From assembly GCA_002633005.1 (NCBI GenBank), contig NMRA01000303.1, positions 59,064 to 123,063 of the forward strand: DNA of 64,000 nt, read 5' to 3'. Positions within the stretch are counted from its first letter, which is position 1. Each line of letters opens with the position of its first letter. Source of the DNA: Phoronis australis (Eukaryota > Animalia > Phoronida). The notes beneath the pieces were generated by a model. That model did not search any database. It was not told the origin of the DNA and was given only the letters and a program-made list of their open reading frames with translations. Shown piece after piece: positions 1-11,075 of this stretch. A program made the translations under genes and the position numbers.

Positions 1-114
1 ACACTCAAAGGCGCAACAAGAATTTTGCAGTTGACCTTCATGGAAACTGAGGAGTAGCTTCTTTGTCACAATCAGCTTTAGGCCTACATATCCAAAGTAA
101 ACAATTGCAAAACT

Positions 115-360
115 ATGTAGGCCTAACTGGCCTTACAAATATGTAGGCCTAACTGGCCTTACAAATATGTAGGCCTAACTGGCCTTACAAATATGTAAGC
201 CTAACTGGCCTTACAAATATGTAGGCCTAACTGGCCTTACAAATATGTAGGCCTAACTGGCCTTACAAATATGTAGGCCTAACTGGCCTTACAAATATGT
301 AGGCCTAACTGGCCTTACAAATATGTAGGCCTAACTGGCCTTACAAATATGTAGGCCTTA
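115..360. repeat. 26-bp minisatellite (ATGTAGGCCTAACTGGCCTTACAAAT), ~9.4 copies
   Basis: Units start at 115, 141, 167 ... 349; near-identical, no spacers. Confidence 0.97.
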
Positions 361-460
361 CACATTTGGCACTGACGGTGTCACATGCCACACTTACACA
401 TCTTTTGCTTGACGTCTCCAAGTTTGACTTCCTAAAACCGCTCTGAGGTGATGGCGTGTT

Positions 461-711
461 ACAACTATTATTAAAATCTTTTGGTCTATTTACACCGACG
501 TTTCGGTCGGTCTATTGTCAAGTGTTCCTGCGTTCTTAGAAGAACGAGCACGGAAAAATCACACCATGATGAGCGTACCACACAACCGTGCTCGTTCTGC
601 TAAGAATGCATGAACACCTGACGATGTCCGGAGAATAGACCTACCGAAACGCCGTTACAATGTAGACAAGAGGTCGGTGTAAATAAACCAAGAGATTTTA
701 ATAATAGTTGT
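461..711. mobile_element. MITE-like long inverted repeat (hairpin)
   Basis: ACAACTATTATTAAAATCTTTTGGTCTATTTACACCGAC... is the reverse complement of ...GTCGGTGTAAATAAACCAAGAGATTTTAATAATAGTTGT; inner arms also pair (AGAACGAGCACGG / CCGTGCTCGTTCT). Confidence 0.75.
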
Positions 712-1639
712 CTCCAAATTTGCCGCTCAATGTGTTAATTTGTTCTCCCGAAATGGGCATCGCACACCCACTATTTCCATGCAAAATGGGATCTGATGTT
801 TGCCATAGCTAGATAACTCATCTATCGTGGGTACCAGCGAATGAAAAATGGTTACGTCAGCACGAGGCCCGGGGAGACACGCTTATGCCCTACGTTAGGA
901 ATCCGGGCCGTTTAGTGGTATCTTGTAGTTGGACAATACTTCTTTACATCGACCAGGAAAACCGGTGTCTCCGTCCGTCCTTGATATCACGAAAGGTGAT
1001 CTAAGCTCTTATTGTGTTGTGTAGGACAATTACAGCTTGAGCAATGCCTTCACGCCAATGAAATAATGGCTGGAATAAATTGAAATGTCAAAGAGAGAAA
1101 CTGGTATTTTTAACGTGTTTGGCTTCTGTAATTGAACTCCTTGTGAGTGTAGAATCCTTCTTTCGCAGAAAAATTAAGGTAAAAATTGGCCAATGCGCTG
1201 CGATGGGTAATTAGTTGTTGACAGCAGTTTTGAGTCGATGCCTGTTCGTATTAATGTTTTTCATTCAGCATGGAGCATAATTGGCGTTTGCGTCGTGTCA
1301 TCGAAGAAAAGACGGAACCTGGCGATTAGCAAAAGAAAGGTTGAAATCAGGCCTCTGCCGTCGTGTGGAATGCGAACTAAACGCGAGTTGGTTATAATGT
1401 ACCCGAAACAATACAAACATTTACACTCAAGTGTTTCGCATATAGGCGCATGCGCCTAACGTTCAGTTATAGGCAAAGTCGTCTATTCGGCTTGATGGAC
1501 TGATCAACAAGATATAACCCGCTATCAACTGAAAAACTGCGTCAGTCGCTAGTGACAGGAATCAACTATTGATATAGGTTAGTTACTGTTAATGAAAAAT
1601 GTCTCAACTTGTTTGTCAAGTTAGATACACTTTTTGAGC

Positions 1640-1881
1640 TTGGATATATCTTGAGACCAGGCTGTGGATATATGTTGAGACCAGGCTGTGGATATATGTT
1701 GAGACCAGGCTGTGGATATATGTTGAGACCAGGCTGTAGATATATCTTGAGACCAGGCTGTGGATATATGTTGAGACCAGGCTGTGGATATATCTTGAGA
1801 CCAGGCTGTGGATATATCTTGAGACCAGGCTGTGGATATGTGTTGAGACCAGGCTGTGGATATATGTTGAGACCAGGCTGT
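1640..1881. repeat. 24-bp minisatellite (TTGAGACCAGGCTGTGGATATATG/C), ~10 copies
   Basis: Direct tandem units; accounts for the repetitive ORFs 1609-1968 and 1616-1966. Confidence 0.97.
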
Positions 1882-1953
1882 ACAACTGACTTAATGCATC
1901 AAGATGGGGTCGGAGCCAAGCATATGCCAGGAGCACTTCAATTTCAACTCTTT

Positions 1954-3099
1954 CAGCCGATTTCATAAAGGTGATTTAAAGTTAAACCAGGTTTAAACTG
2001 GACTTAAACCAGGTTTAAAGATAATCTTCATTTCATAAAGGTCGGTTAACTTTTAGACCAGTGGTTTAGTAAAACCTGGTTTGACTCCAATTTAGACATG
2101 GTCTAAGTCAGTTTTCATTTCCCCAATGACATCTATATTCTTTAGATCTGTATTAAGATCTTAAATCAGGTTAAGCTTTAGACTTGGTCAGACCTATGTT
2201 TAAATGTTAAATATGACAGACTTGCAAGATATAGGTGAAACTGAATGAGACCCCGGTGTGCATTTACGACGCAGTTTTAGAGCGAAAATGGACTACTTTC
2301 AATATTCAGTTTTACGACGACACAAGATCAAATGTAGCAGGGGCGGATCCACGATTTTTAAGGGGAGGGGATCTGTCAAGGACTTTTTAAAAGGGGGGAC
2401 CAAGTCAACAATTTGAAAATTATAGATTTGATATCACTAAAATCAAGGGAAAAGGGAGTCCGGACCCCTTGACCCCCTGGGATCCGCCTATGTGTAGACC
2501 AGTTTGTGCTGGATGGTGTCCTGCGGATTCCTCAGAATACGACTGGTGGAGCAGGGCGTCGTCGTAAGCGCCACGGGTTTGACTGGAGATAGCATCTTCT
2601 GATTCTTCTGATTTCCACCTCCATTGGTCTCCGGTTTGATGTTGCCGGGAAGGGGTAAATAAACACTAAAATGGCATGGAAATATATTTGGACACTTATG
2701 ATGTTGCGGCTAATCGTAAGCTTGTACTTTAATGTGTGTATACGTGTGTTGGTCACACACATTACATTTTTCCTCATGAGAAAAGCTTCTACACCTTTTT
2801 CGCAAATGTCTGCACTGATTCTACTAGTGTGTGCCTTTGTATACCCACGTGATCAAGGTTTCATTGGAGTACTTCAATAGTTTCTTTGTTGGATTAATCC
2901 AGATCGACACAGCTGGGTGGCTTAGATACTTTAAACCTGGTTTTACTAAACCGGCTCCCCGGTCTAACAAAACCAGGCTTTCAGACTTTTAAACCACGTT
3001 GGTGAAATGCAAGTTAGGTTTAAAATTAGACCAGGTTTAGGAAGACCAGGTTTAAGTCTTAAACCTGGTTTTGTTAAACCACCTTTATGAAATCGGCTG
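1954..3099. mobile_element. Non-autonomous PIF/Harbinger-like DNA transposon
   Basis: 20-bp TIR CAGCCGATTTCATAAAGGTG / CACCTTTATGAAATCGGCTG; TTT on both flanks (3-bp TSD); subterminal AAACCAGGTTT repeats; minus-strand relic RKRCRSFSHEEK near 2765-2805 resembles the start of a Myb/SANT domain. Confidence 0.7.
2338..2492. mobile_element. 155-bp MITE nested in the Harbinger-like element
   Basis: Ends CAGGGGCGGATCC / GGATCCGCCTATG; 5-bp direct repeat TGTAG on both sides. Confidence 0.75.
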
Positions 3100-3377
3100 T
3101 TTGTGTCAATCACGCCAGAAACCACTGCTCGTGGTCTAAGAAACACGTTGAGACAATTTTTAAGGCGGTTTAAGTGATAGGTTAGTTTCTTCACTCACAA
3201 CGGGATTTGCTTCAAAAGCTTCCCAGAGAGGCAAATGCGCCTAACTCCAGCTGCATATTTAACGTGGCTTTACGTGATTTCATGAGGTGAAAATTAGTAC
3301 TGTTTGAAAAACCTATGCTCATTGTTAGCAAAAACAGAGAAAAGAGTCCAAAAATGACCACCAGCTTGGCAAAAATA

Positions 3378-3663
3378 TATTCTCAAAGGGTTATCTGACC
3401 GCAAGCACGGTTATTAATCTCACCATTAAGACTTTCGTCAATCAAGGTTACCCTAATTCATCTAAAACGGGCTTATTGCTAGTCAAGCGCCATCTGACGG
3501 AAACTCTAACAACGGGCGTCAAGACCAATGAGCTTTATACATAGTTATATCTATATCATTGGTTATGATTCTGAGGCCGACTGAAGTCAATCGCCCGTGA
3601 TTGACGAAAGTCTTATGGTGAGATTAATAACCCTGCTTGTGGTCAGATAACGCTTTGTGAATA
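3378..3663. mobile_element. MITE with ~65-bp terminal inverted repeats
   Basis: TATTCTCAAAGGGTTATCTGACCGCAAGCACGGTTATTAATCTCACCAT..GACTTTCGTCAATCA pairs with TGATTGACGAAAGTCTTATGGTGAGATTAATAACCCTGCTTGTGGTCAGATAACGCTTTGTGAATA. Confidence 0.75.
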
Positions 3664-4422
3664 CAGAGAAAGCGGTTTTATCTTCTGTTCACCTAAGGGG
3701 ACACCATGGGTTTTAAGGCCTCAAAACGCATTTTCATGATTATTTTTGGATGCCGGGTTGACTTCTTGAAATTCAGCTCTGTTGGTGATTTTATTACAAA
3801 TCATCAGTTTCCGTCATTGGGAGTGCCAGTCATTCGTTGAAGTCAAGCCTTGTGTGGCTTTATCACTCCTAAAATACTCTGCCGGTTAGCGAAAGAGATT
3901 TAGCCTATAGTTCCATCAACAAAGTCTTAGATTGTAACCGTGACCGTTTTGGTTAGTTCACGTTCGATTCCGCACTGAGGCTATCTCAGAAAATCACTTT
4001 TCTTGCCTGTAATGCCCCTTTAACCGTCCGAAACGTTATTCTAATCAGCCGCCACTTGGCTTTACGTGCTTGTTCAGTGTTGGGTACTTTTCACGAGCCG
4101 AACTCGGTCAGTCATATTTTGAACTGTTCTCGAGAATTACGGGGAAAAGTTCTGAAACAGAAATTAATTAAAATGCCTTGTCGTCAATCCATTTTTGTGA
4201 ACCACTCAGTGCTGTAGTGGTAAAATTAGAGATAAGTAGGCGCCCAAAGCCTAGGCAACACATAGCCCCTCGGTTGGCTGGTTAGGGGCTACAATACTTC
4301 CCATTGCTTTCTGTACGCATTTCGTCCCGTGTATTTTAAAGGGGCGGTAGGCCAAATCCGGTCATCGATTAAGAGTTTTCACCTCGCCAAAAATGCATTC
4401 TACTCTCAAAAGTATGACTTAA

Positions 4423-6054
4423 AGGAGAACGCCACCCAAAAAACAACCTATTTTGTATCAATGTAAATCGAGTAGTTCTACTCGTTAACCGCAGGTTCGG
4501 TTGCGTTACCTGACACCCGACGGCAGACGGAGGTGTTGAAATTATCCAATGACGTAATTGGTTTCACAAGTCGTCTGTTCAGCAGTTCACACCACGGGTT
4601 AGTGGTGTCAGCTTATCGCTAAAAAATCATCGTCTAACACCAATAAATGATCAAACTTCGATGCAATACCCTTAAAAATACACCGAGTTCTTATAAAAAC
4701 GTGTTGTTTTATTTTGCTGTTATGGATTTACTGGTATTTGGACACACCGCAGCCTACAAAGTTCGGCAGGCCAATTTACCAATGTCCGTAGCAGGAGTTT
4801 GGGGTCTTTTCGGAGATAAATTCGAAGTATTCTTCCGTGAAAAACAGACAGGAGAACCTAGATCTGTGTTGTTTATACTAGTGATTTTTTGAGTTCGGAA
4901 CCCGATCAGGCCCGTCACGACCGCCGGGACTGGAACGAACATAAACCAGCTTGAGTAGGAAACTAAACCTCAAGTCACGAAAAGACTAGAATAGTGAGCC
5001 AAAGAAATAACGCGCATGTAATTATTTATGTGAATTAGCCACGAAACTGAAAATTTACTTACTTGTCGGGGGCCGCGAAGTCGGGTTCCCCTTCCACAGA
5101 CCGTCAGGGCAAAGGTTGTACAGTAATGATGATTTGAATAATGTATTTGTATTTCTAAATAAAGATTCCCCTAACATGTAACCATAGCACATAAACTCGA
5201 GTAATTGTTCACAAGAGCTTTCTGTCAGCAAACACTGAATTAGAATGCACACGGCTTCGGTGCCCGGTCAATAACCTTTGTTGCCGGCATCAAAGGCCGG
5301 TAACGCAGTGGTTTATTCATTGCTGGCTTCTCAAAACATTTGCACTCATGAGCACTACAAGCCATTACAAATTGAATCTAATGAGACAGGCTTTGTTTCA
5401 GTTTCATATAAGCATTCATAGGAGGAGAATAATTCATTTTGAAACAGAACGCAGAATAATAAACGTCTACCTGGCAACTCGCCCGGCGCTAATCCTGACT
5501 TAGTCAAGAGCTTATATATCCGACGAAGATTTCACGGTCGGATCCGTCGTTAGGTTTCACGAGCTCTCAGTTCGAACCGGAATACACTGACCAAGAAATA
5601 CTAGAGAGGCGTCGTGAACAAGCACAGGCAACGGAACGTATGGATAGTTCTTTGGTAAGCCGGAATTCTTCAGGAAATTCACTGTGGACGAAATACCGAC
5701 CCGGCACAGACACGGAGATGTTTCAGGGCCTCACACTTGCTGTTAACAGCTTACCTTTCATTTTTCACTACCGCGAGCCACTTCCTAAGCATTTCGGGCT
5801 CTCGAGGAAGTCGAGAAAACGATATACCCGCTTTTTTCGCAGCTTCATAGTTCAGACAAGCGGGAACGATGCACCGCAATATAGCGGCATTCACTCTGCA
5901 GACGAACCACTGACGTCGCTGCGTCGTTTCTCACTTTCCTCGCAGGTTAACACGACACCTCTCGGCAAGTTGAGGTCGACCGTATAAGAGGTGATGTGGA
6001 TATAGACCGATTAAGACGCTAAAAAAGACTAATTAAATCTGGTGGCATTCTTCT
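4423..6054. mobile_element. Non-autonomous Kolobok-like element
   Basis: TTAA on both flanks; TIR AGGAGAACGCCACC / GGTGGCATTCTTCT (12/14); + strand relic SQFEPEYTDQEILE near 5565-5607. Confidence 0.65.
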
Positions 6055-6564
6055 TTAAAAATGAGCTTACTTTCTTCAGTGATCCTTTCTGCTTCTACAC
6101 ATATCTTCGATGAATTAAGGTGACTTTGGAGAAGAATTCCAACTCCACTTTTTGGTCACCGTTAACCTTTTCACCGCGCGTGCGATAACCACAAACTATT
6201 TTATTTGAGTCACCTGAGTTAGGCTAAGGCTAACGCGAGACTGAGCGAAGTGCGTGACCTGGCGCGTGACACTTGCAAAATAGCATGGGAAGATATCAGG
6301 TGGAATTCGTGAGTTTTGTGTCCCTTGGACTTTTTGTTCGTTAACAGGCGTGATTTGTCGTAACTTCTTCAAAATGGCACCCTGTGAGAGAAACTCGAAC
6401 GAATCGCGACAGATTTTCATGGATATGTTTAAGTTATGTTGACTAAATTGTATTCAGAGTCATGGTATGTGTTAATTATAACTCCATGTGCATTTATGCA
6501 TGTTTCATTGGATTTTGTTTGCTGCACTTTGAAATGCGTTTATGGGGATGTACAATCGCCTCTG

Positions 6565-8992
6565 TGTCAGAATATAGTCTGACAGTATTTTTAGTTGTAC
6601 ATGTATTGTTTTGTTTTGTTATTCTGTTTGGTTGGCATGTCCCCCTGAGTTAAGTACAATGATGATGTAATTTGTTTACTGCAGTATAGTGTGGAACTTA
6701 TTTCTAGAAGACTCTGGCAGTGGTTAATGCAGTCTGGAATATTCTAGAGACTAGTACATGTTTGTAGAATGGTTGGGTAGATTCAGGAAAGTTCTAGAAT
6801 GTGCTTGAATTGATGAAAAGTTTCAGAACAATGCATTAGGCTATACATACACAAGCTCGGGTTTGTGTTAGTCAGATCACGTCAGTTCAAGAGAAGATCA
6901 AGTCGGGAGATCATGTCAGTTCAAGGGAGATTAAGTCAGTTCAAGGGAGATCAAGTCAGTTCAAGAGAAGATCAAGTCAGTTCAAGAAAGTTAATCAGGA
7001 GATTACAGTTGAGTTGCGGTGAAGAGAATCAGAAGTTACAGCGATAGTCAAGTGAGCCAGCTATAGAGACAGCAGGTTATTGAATCGACGAGTGTAACAG
7101 TTGCTGAACGTGTCTCAGAAGTTCACCACAAGTCAAGGCTTCGCAGCATTGGCTGGAGCATTAACAGACATTACGTCGGATGTTTTGTTTGGGTAGGCTC
7201 GTGAACTTATGGTCGAGATTAATAAAAGGACTAACTCGAACCAGTCTTCAGTCAATCATCGCACCGAAAGCTATTAGCACCGGTCTGTAACAACCTGCGC
7301 CCACCCACTCACGGGGAAAAACGTGACGATTGGCGAGCACGCCAAGAGATTACTGACGGTAACAAGGTGTGATAAAGTGGACTGTTGGAATTAGCAACTC
7401 ACTGTGGAGACAAGATCTCAACTAAGGGAGTTAATGGCCCTCAGACAAGAAATGGGTCTGCAGAGGAAGCAACTCCAAATGTCAGCAGCGGTCAGCCGTC
7501 GAGGTTCTCAGAGTAAGGATTCGGTGAAGCATGCTAACCCTGAACGCGCCTTCAAAGGAAAGCTGCGTCTGAAGGAGGGATATATTGGCATGAAGAAGGT
7601 CTCAGTGTTGAAACACACAGGCTGCACAACCATTGTGGTTCGATCCAGTCTAGTCGAACCAGGAGATATGACCTACCGGAAGTGGTCATGCGAGTTGGCG
7701 GACTCTACCAAGAGATGGCTGCCTGTCGCAAAGATCAACATCAAGACACTGTACTACACAGAAGTGTTTGCAATGTGTATGGAGCGTCCTGTGACCGATT
7801 TGGTTATCGGGGACGTGCCTGGCGCCTTGGACCCAGGCGATGTTGAGCGACAGCAGAGAGCAACAACTGCCAACGAGGACAATATAGGCAACAGCCTTGC
7901 GGAGGGTCCGAAAGATGACTCTCAGAAGAGTACTACTTTCCAAGAGGAAAGCCCAGTGACCTCAACTCCAGAGAGAGAAGAGGTGGCCGACATATCGGTA
8001 GGAACAGATCCTGATGAATCCAGCAGGGAAACGGTAGCAGTGACTACCAGTGCTCAAGCAGAGACTGTAAGTCAGGGAGCACTTTAGCGGCGGATACGGC
8101 AGGTTATGTATATATGCCAGATGATTTTGCATTAGAAAATTATAGAGTAATTTTCTCTTTGGCAGGGGTGTATTGTCAGAATATAGTCTGACAGTATTTT
8201 TAGTTGTATTGTTTTGTTTTGTTTTGTTATTCTGTTTGATTGGCATGACCCCCTGAGTTAAGTACAATGATGATGTACTACAGAATAGTATGGAACTTTC
8301 TAGTAGACTGAGTTCAGTAGTGATGATGTAATTTGTTTACTGCAGTATAGTGTGGAACTTTATAAAAGACTCTAGCATGGCAGTTGTTAATGCAGTCTGG
8401 AATATTCTAGAGACTAGTACATGTTTGTAGAATGGTTGGGTAGATTCAGGAAAGTTCTAGAATGTGCTTGAATTGATGAAAAGTTTCAGAACAATGCATT
8501 AGGCTATACATACACAAGCTCGGGTTTGTGTTAGTCAGATCACGTCAGTTCAAGAGAAGATCAAGTCGGGAGATCAAGTCAGTTCAAGGGAGATTAAGTC
8601 AGTTCAAGGGAGATCAAGTCAGCTCAAGAGAAGATCAAGTCAGTTCAAGACAGTTAATCAGGAGATTACAGTTGAGTTGCGGTGAAGAGAATCAGCAGTT
8701 ACAGCGATAGTCAATAGTGAGCCAGCTATAGAGACAACAGGTTATTGAATCGACGAGTGTAAAAGTTGCTGAACGTGTCTCAGAAGTTCATCACAAGTCA
8801 AGGCTTCGCAGCATTGGCTGGATCATAAACAGACATTACGTCGGACGTTTTGTTTGGGTAGGCTTGTGAACGTACGATCGGGATTAATAAAGGATTAACT
8901 CGAACCAGTCTTCAGTCAATCATCGCACCGAAAGCTATTAGAACCGGTCTGTAACAACCTGCGCCCACCCACACACGGGGAAAAACGTGACA
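6565..8992 (+). mobile_element. Internally deleted Gypsy-type LTR retrotransposon (TRIM/LARD-like)
   Basis: 5' LTR 6565-7328 and 3' LTR 8174-8992 (TGTCA...TGACA/G); PBS TGGCGAGCACGCCAAGAG at 7331 (15/18 match to the tRNA-Arg(ACG) 3' end); purine tract GGCAGGGG before the 3' LTR; TSD CTCTG/CCCTG. Confidence 0.92.
7404..8087 (+). pseudogene. Gag/aspartic protease remnant ORF of the LTR element
   Basis: VSVLKHTGCTTIVVRSSLV corresponds to the retropepsin motif VLRDTGC with D->H; DLVIGDVPGA is the protease C-terminal motif; no RT, RNase H or integrase. Confidence 0.75.
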
Positions 8993-9153
8993 CCCTGTAT
9001 ACCTGCGGCACCCAGGGCGATCTAAGTGCCTACGCAAAGCCCTGCTTATCACCTCGAGCTCTGAATTTTAAATGTACATTGAACTCTAAAAACCTGACTC
9101 ACAAACATGTAGGCCTCTTTTTGACTCACGAGTGAGTATTTACTTCGAATCTA

Positions 9154-9342
9154 CAGTGGCGGATCTAGGTTGATGTTGTTGACCCAACCACACATACTGG
9201 AGAAGGCAGAGGTCCGTGTGCATTCCAATCGGTCTCTTAATAGGGGCCCAAACACAATTATAAAGAAGAATAGGCCCGTAACGCTCAGACGTTTTCAGTC
9301 GCCCGTTGGGTGTGTCCTAAGGGCCCTCTTTATCCGCCTATG
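9154..9342. mobile_element. MITE of the same terminal type as 2338-2492
   Basis: Ends CAGTGGCGGATC / TATCCGCCTATG; no clear TSD. Confidence 0.5.
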
Positions 9343-9669
9343 GTATAACTCCACAATAGTTACTTCTATGTTGAAATATTAGTCTAAAATTTCGTAACTC
9401 TGTACGCTTCAAAGACTATAATTACACAAACACTGACGTTTTATTCTTAATGAGCTGAACGCCATGTACAAAGCGCACACGTGCGTGCGCTTATCCAAGT
9501 AGGGCTTCCTTGCACGTAGCTGTAAGTTCTTATTTTTCATTTAGTTTTAAAGTTAGTAAAATACTGTCCAAAGATAGAGTGCTTAGTTACAGAATCCTCA
9601 GTCCACAAATTTTCTTGTCGGCAGTCTTGTTCTTCTCCAATTTACATGATCTGCACTGAGAACTAGGCC

Positions 9670-10540
9670 TATCAGTAGTTCTGTGTTGTCGAATCCAAGT
9701 TTCTTCATAAGGCTTTGGGTCTAACATGGAAAGCGGGGACCATTGACCTTTGCCAAACCGGCAGCAAGCTGAGGGTGGTTTCTAATACAGTGCTGTGGGG
9801 TGAAGGCGAACGTAGGCGCAGCTAACCACCTTTTGGCATTTGAACGCAGCGCATACGCACGTAAGTTATGTTCAGTGCTCAAGGTGATGCACTTACTTAC
9901 CTCCAATTTACCACTACAGCACTGTTCTACTAGCAACAACAGTGAGCGTTTGTTACTATCAGATTCCATTTCTCTGAATCCTTGCTCATATCCAACTGCA
10001 CTGCAAGGAAGATTCTTATGCATAGGTCAACAAAGTTGTCGCAGAGCACTTGGTAGGTTGTCTACTCTAACCGTCTCCTCTATTGCTACGTTGTGGCAAC
10101 CAGCCCAAACCTCTCGCAAACACCCCTGACTTCGTGCCCGCCATGTCTTATCCCAGATCCCATCGGCCACCTTTTGGGGTCCAACGTGCTCAGAAAAGAG
10201 CAAAATAACAGCTCATCATTTTCAAGTGAACGCCGCTCCAATTTCACAACACTTGAACATTTCGAATAACAGTGGTTCAGGACGTATTGTCACGGTTGTT
10301 CCTTTAAGGGTTTCCTTAAGTTCCATTGACCCAAACTTCTTGAGCGCATGTCAGTGCAGTGGCGATTGCCTGCCCGGTATTATAAACCATATACTAAGGA
10401 GACGAACCATCCGACGAAAAAGCTTTTTTGCTTGTAGCATAGTTGTCAGGGTTTCCCACAAAGAGGCTTGACAACTCTTCTAGCACATCATGCATAAGCA
10501 CAAGATTCTGAATGAATGTGTGACTTTCCAAATGCCACAG
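9670..10540 (-). pseudogene. Degenerate hAT transposase C-terminal region
   Basis: Minus-strand fragments VLMHDVLEELSSL, LPCSAVGYEQGFREM (dimerization motif S..CERGFS.M) and KVNGP..DPKPYEETWIRQHR; frameshifted and interrupted by a MITE. Confidence 0.65.
9788..9924 (+). mobile_element. 137-bp hAT MITE of the same family as its host element
   Basis: Ends CAGTGCTGTGGGGTG / ACCACTACAGCACTG; TSD TTCTAATA/TTCTACTA (7/8); its two ends match the host ends at 10929 and 4207. Confidence 0.8.
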
Positions 10541-11075
10541 TAATCCCAAAACAAGCTCCGATCTCACGAATCAGGGTTTCTGACTTCACTGGCTAACTCT
10601 CAATGTTGATGTAGTGTGTTCATGGAGCTGTTTATTTGACGACTTACCCGAGTTTTGCCAATCATGAGCTCATTGAAGCATGCATGGCCGCCAGGGTCGT
10701 CAGCGTATCCGCGAATCGATACCGTAAGCTATAGTATCAAGACGACTACACCGTCACTTGAATTACGGTGCGTATATGTAGAGCTACGTTAAAATGTAAA
10801 AAGGTGGTTGGCTGCGCCTACGTGCGCCCACGTCCCACTATACCGTAACTTACGGTGCATAGGCGCTACATTCATTGCAAAAAGGTGGTTGGCTGCGCCT
10901 ACCTGCGCCTACACACCACTACAGCACTGGAACCACTGATGTGCTGTGCCGGGCGGGTTGGCTAGTTTGAGAAACCGTAGTTCTAAAACTAGTCGATAGA
11001 CGGTGAACCATTTGCTCAATTTCTCGACTCGCAGGTTCCCTACGTGCCTAGCCACGCAAAATGGTAAATGTTGTC

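Larger units (their letters stand above)
4207..10929 (-). mobile_element. hAT DNA transposon (degenerate, 6.7 kb including nested insertions)
   Basis: TIR CAGTGCTGTAGTGGT at 4207 and ACCACTACAGCACTG ending at 10929; perfect 8-bp TSD GAACCACT (4199-4206 and 10930-10937); internal transposase relics. Confidence 0.85.

Noticed and set aside
115-360. CRISPR-like array (also considered for 1640, 33515, 43770, 46575 and 63434)
   Set aside because: Units are head-to-tail with no unique spacers, there are no cas genes, and the context is eukaryotic
1609-1968. ORF of LRPGCGYM repeats as a Cys-rich protein
   Set aside because: Produced by a 24-bp minisatellite open on both strands; non-ATG start; no splice context
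6865-7047. Duplicated small ORF (again at 8528-8710) as a gene pair
   Set aside because: Both copies lie within the two LTRs, over an internal short repeat
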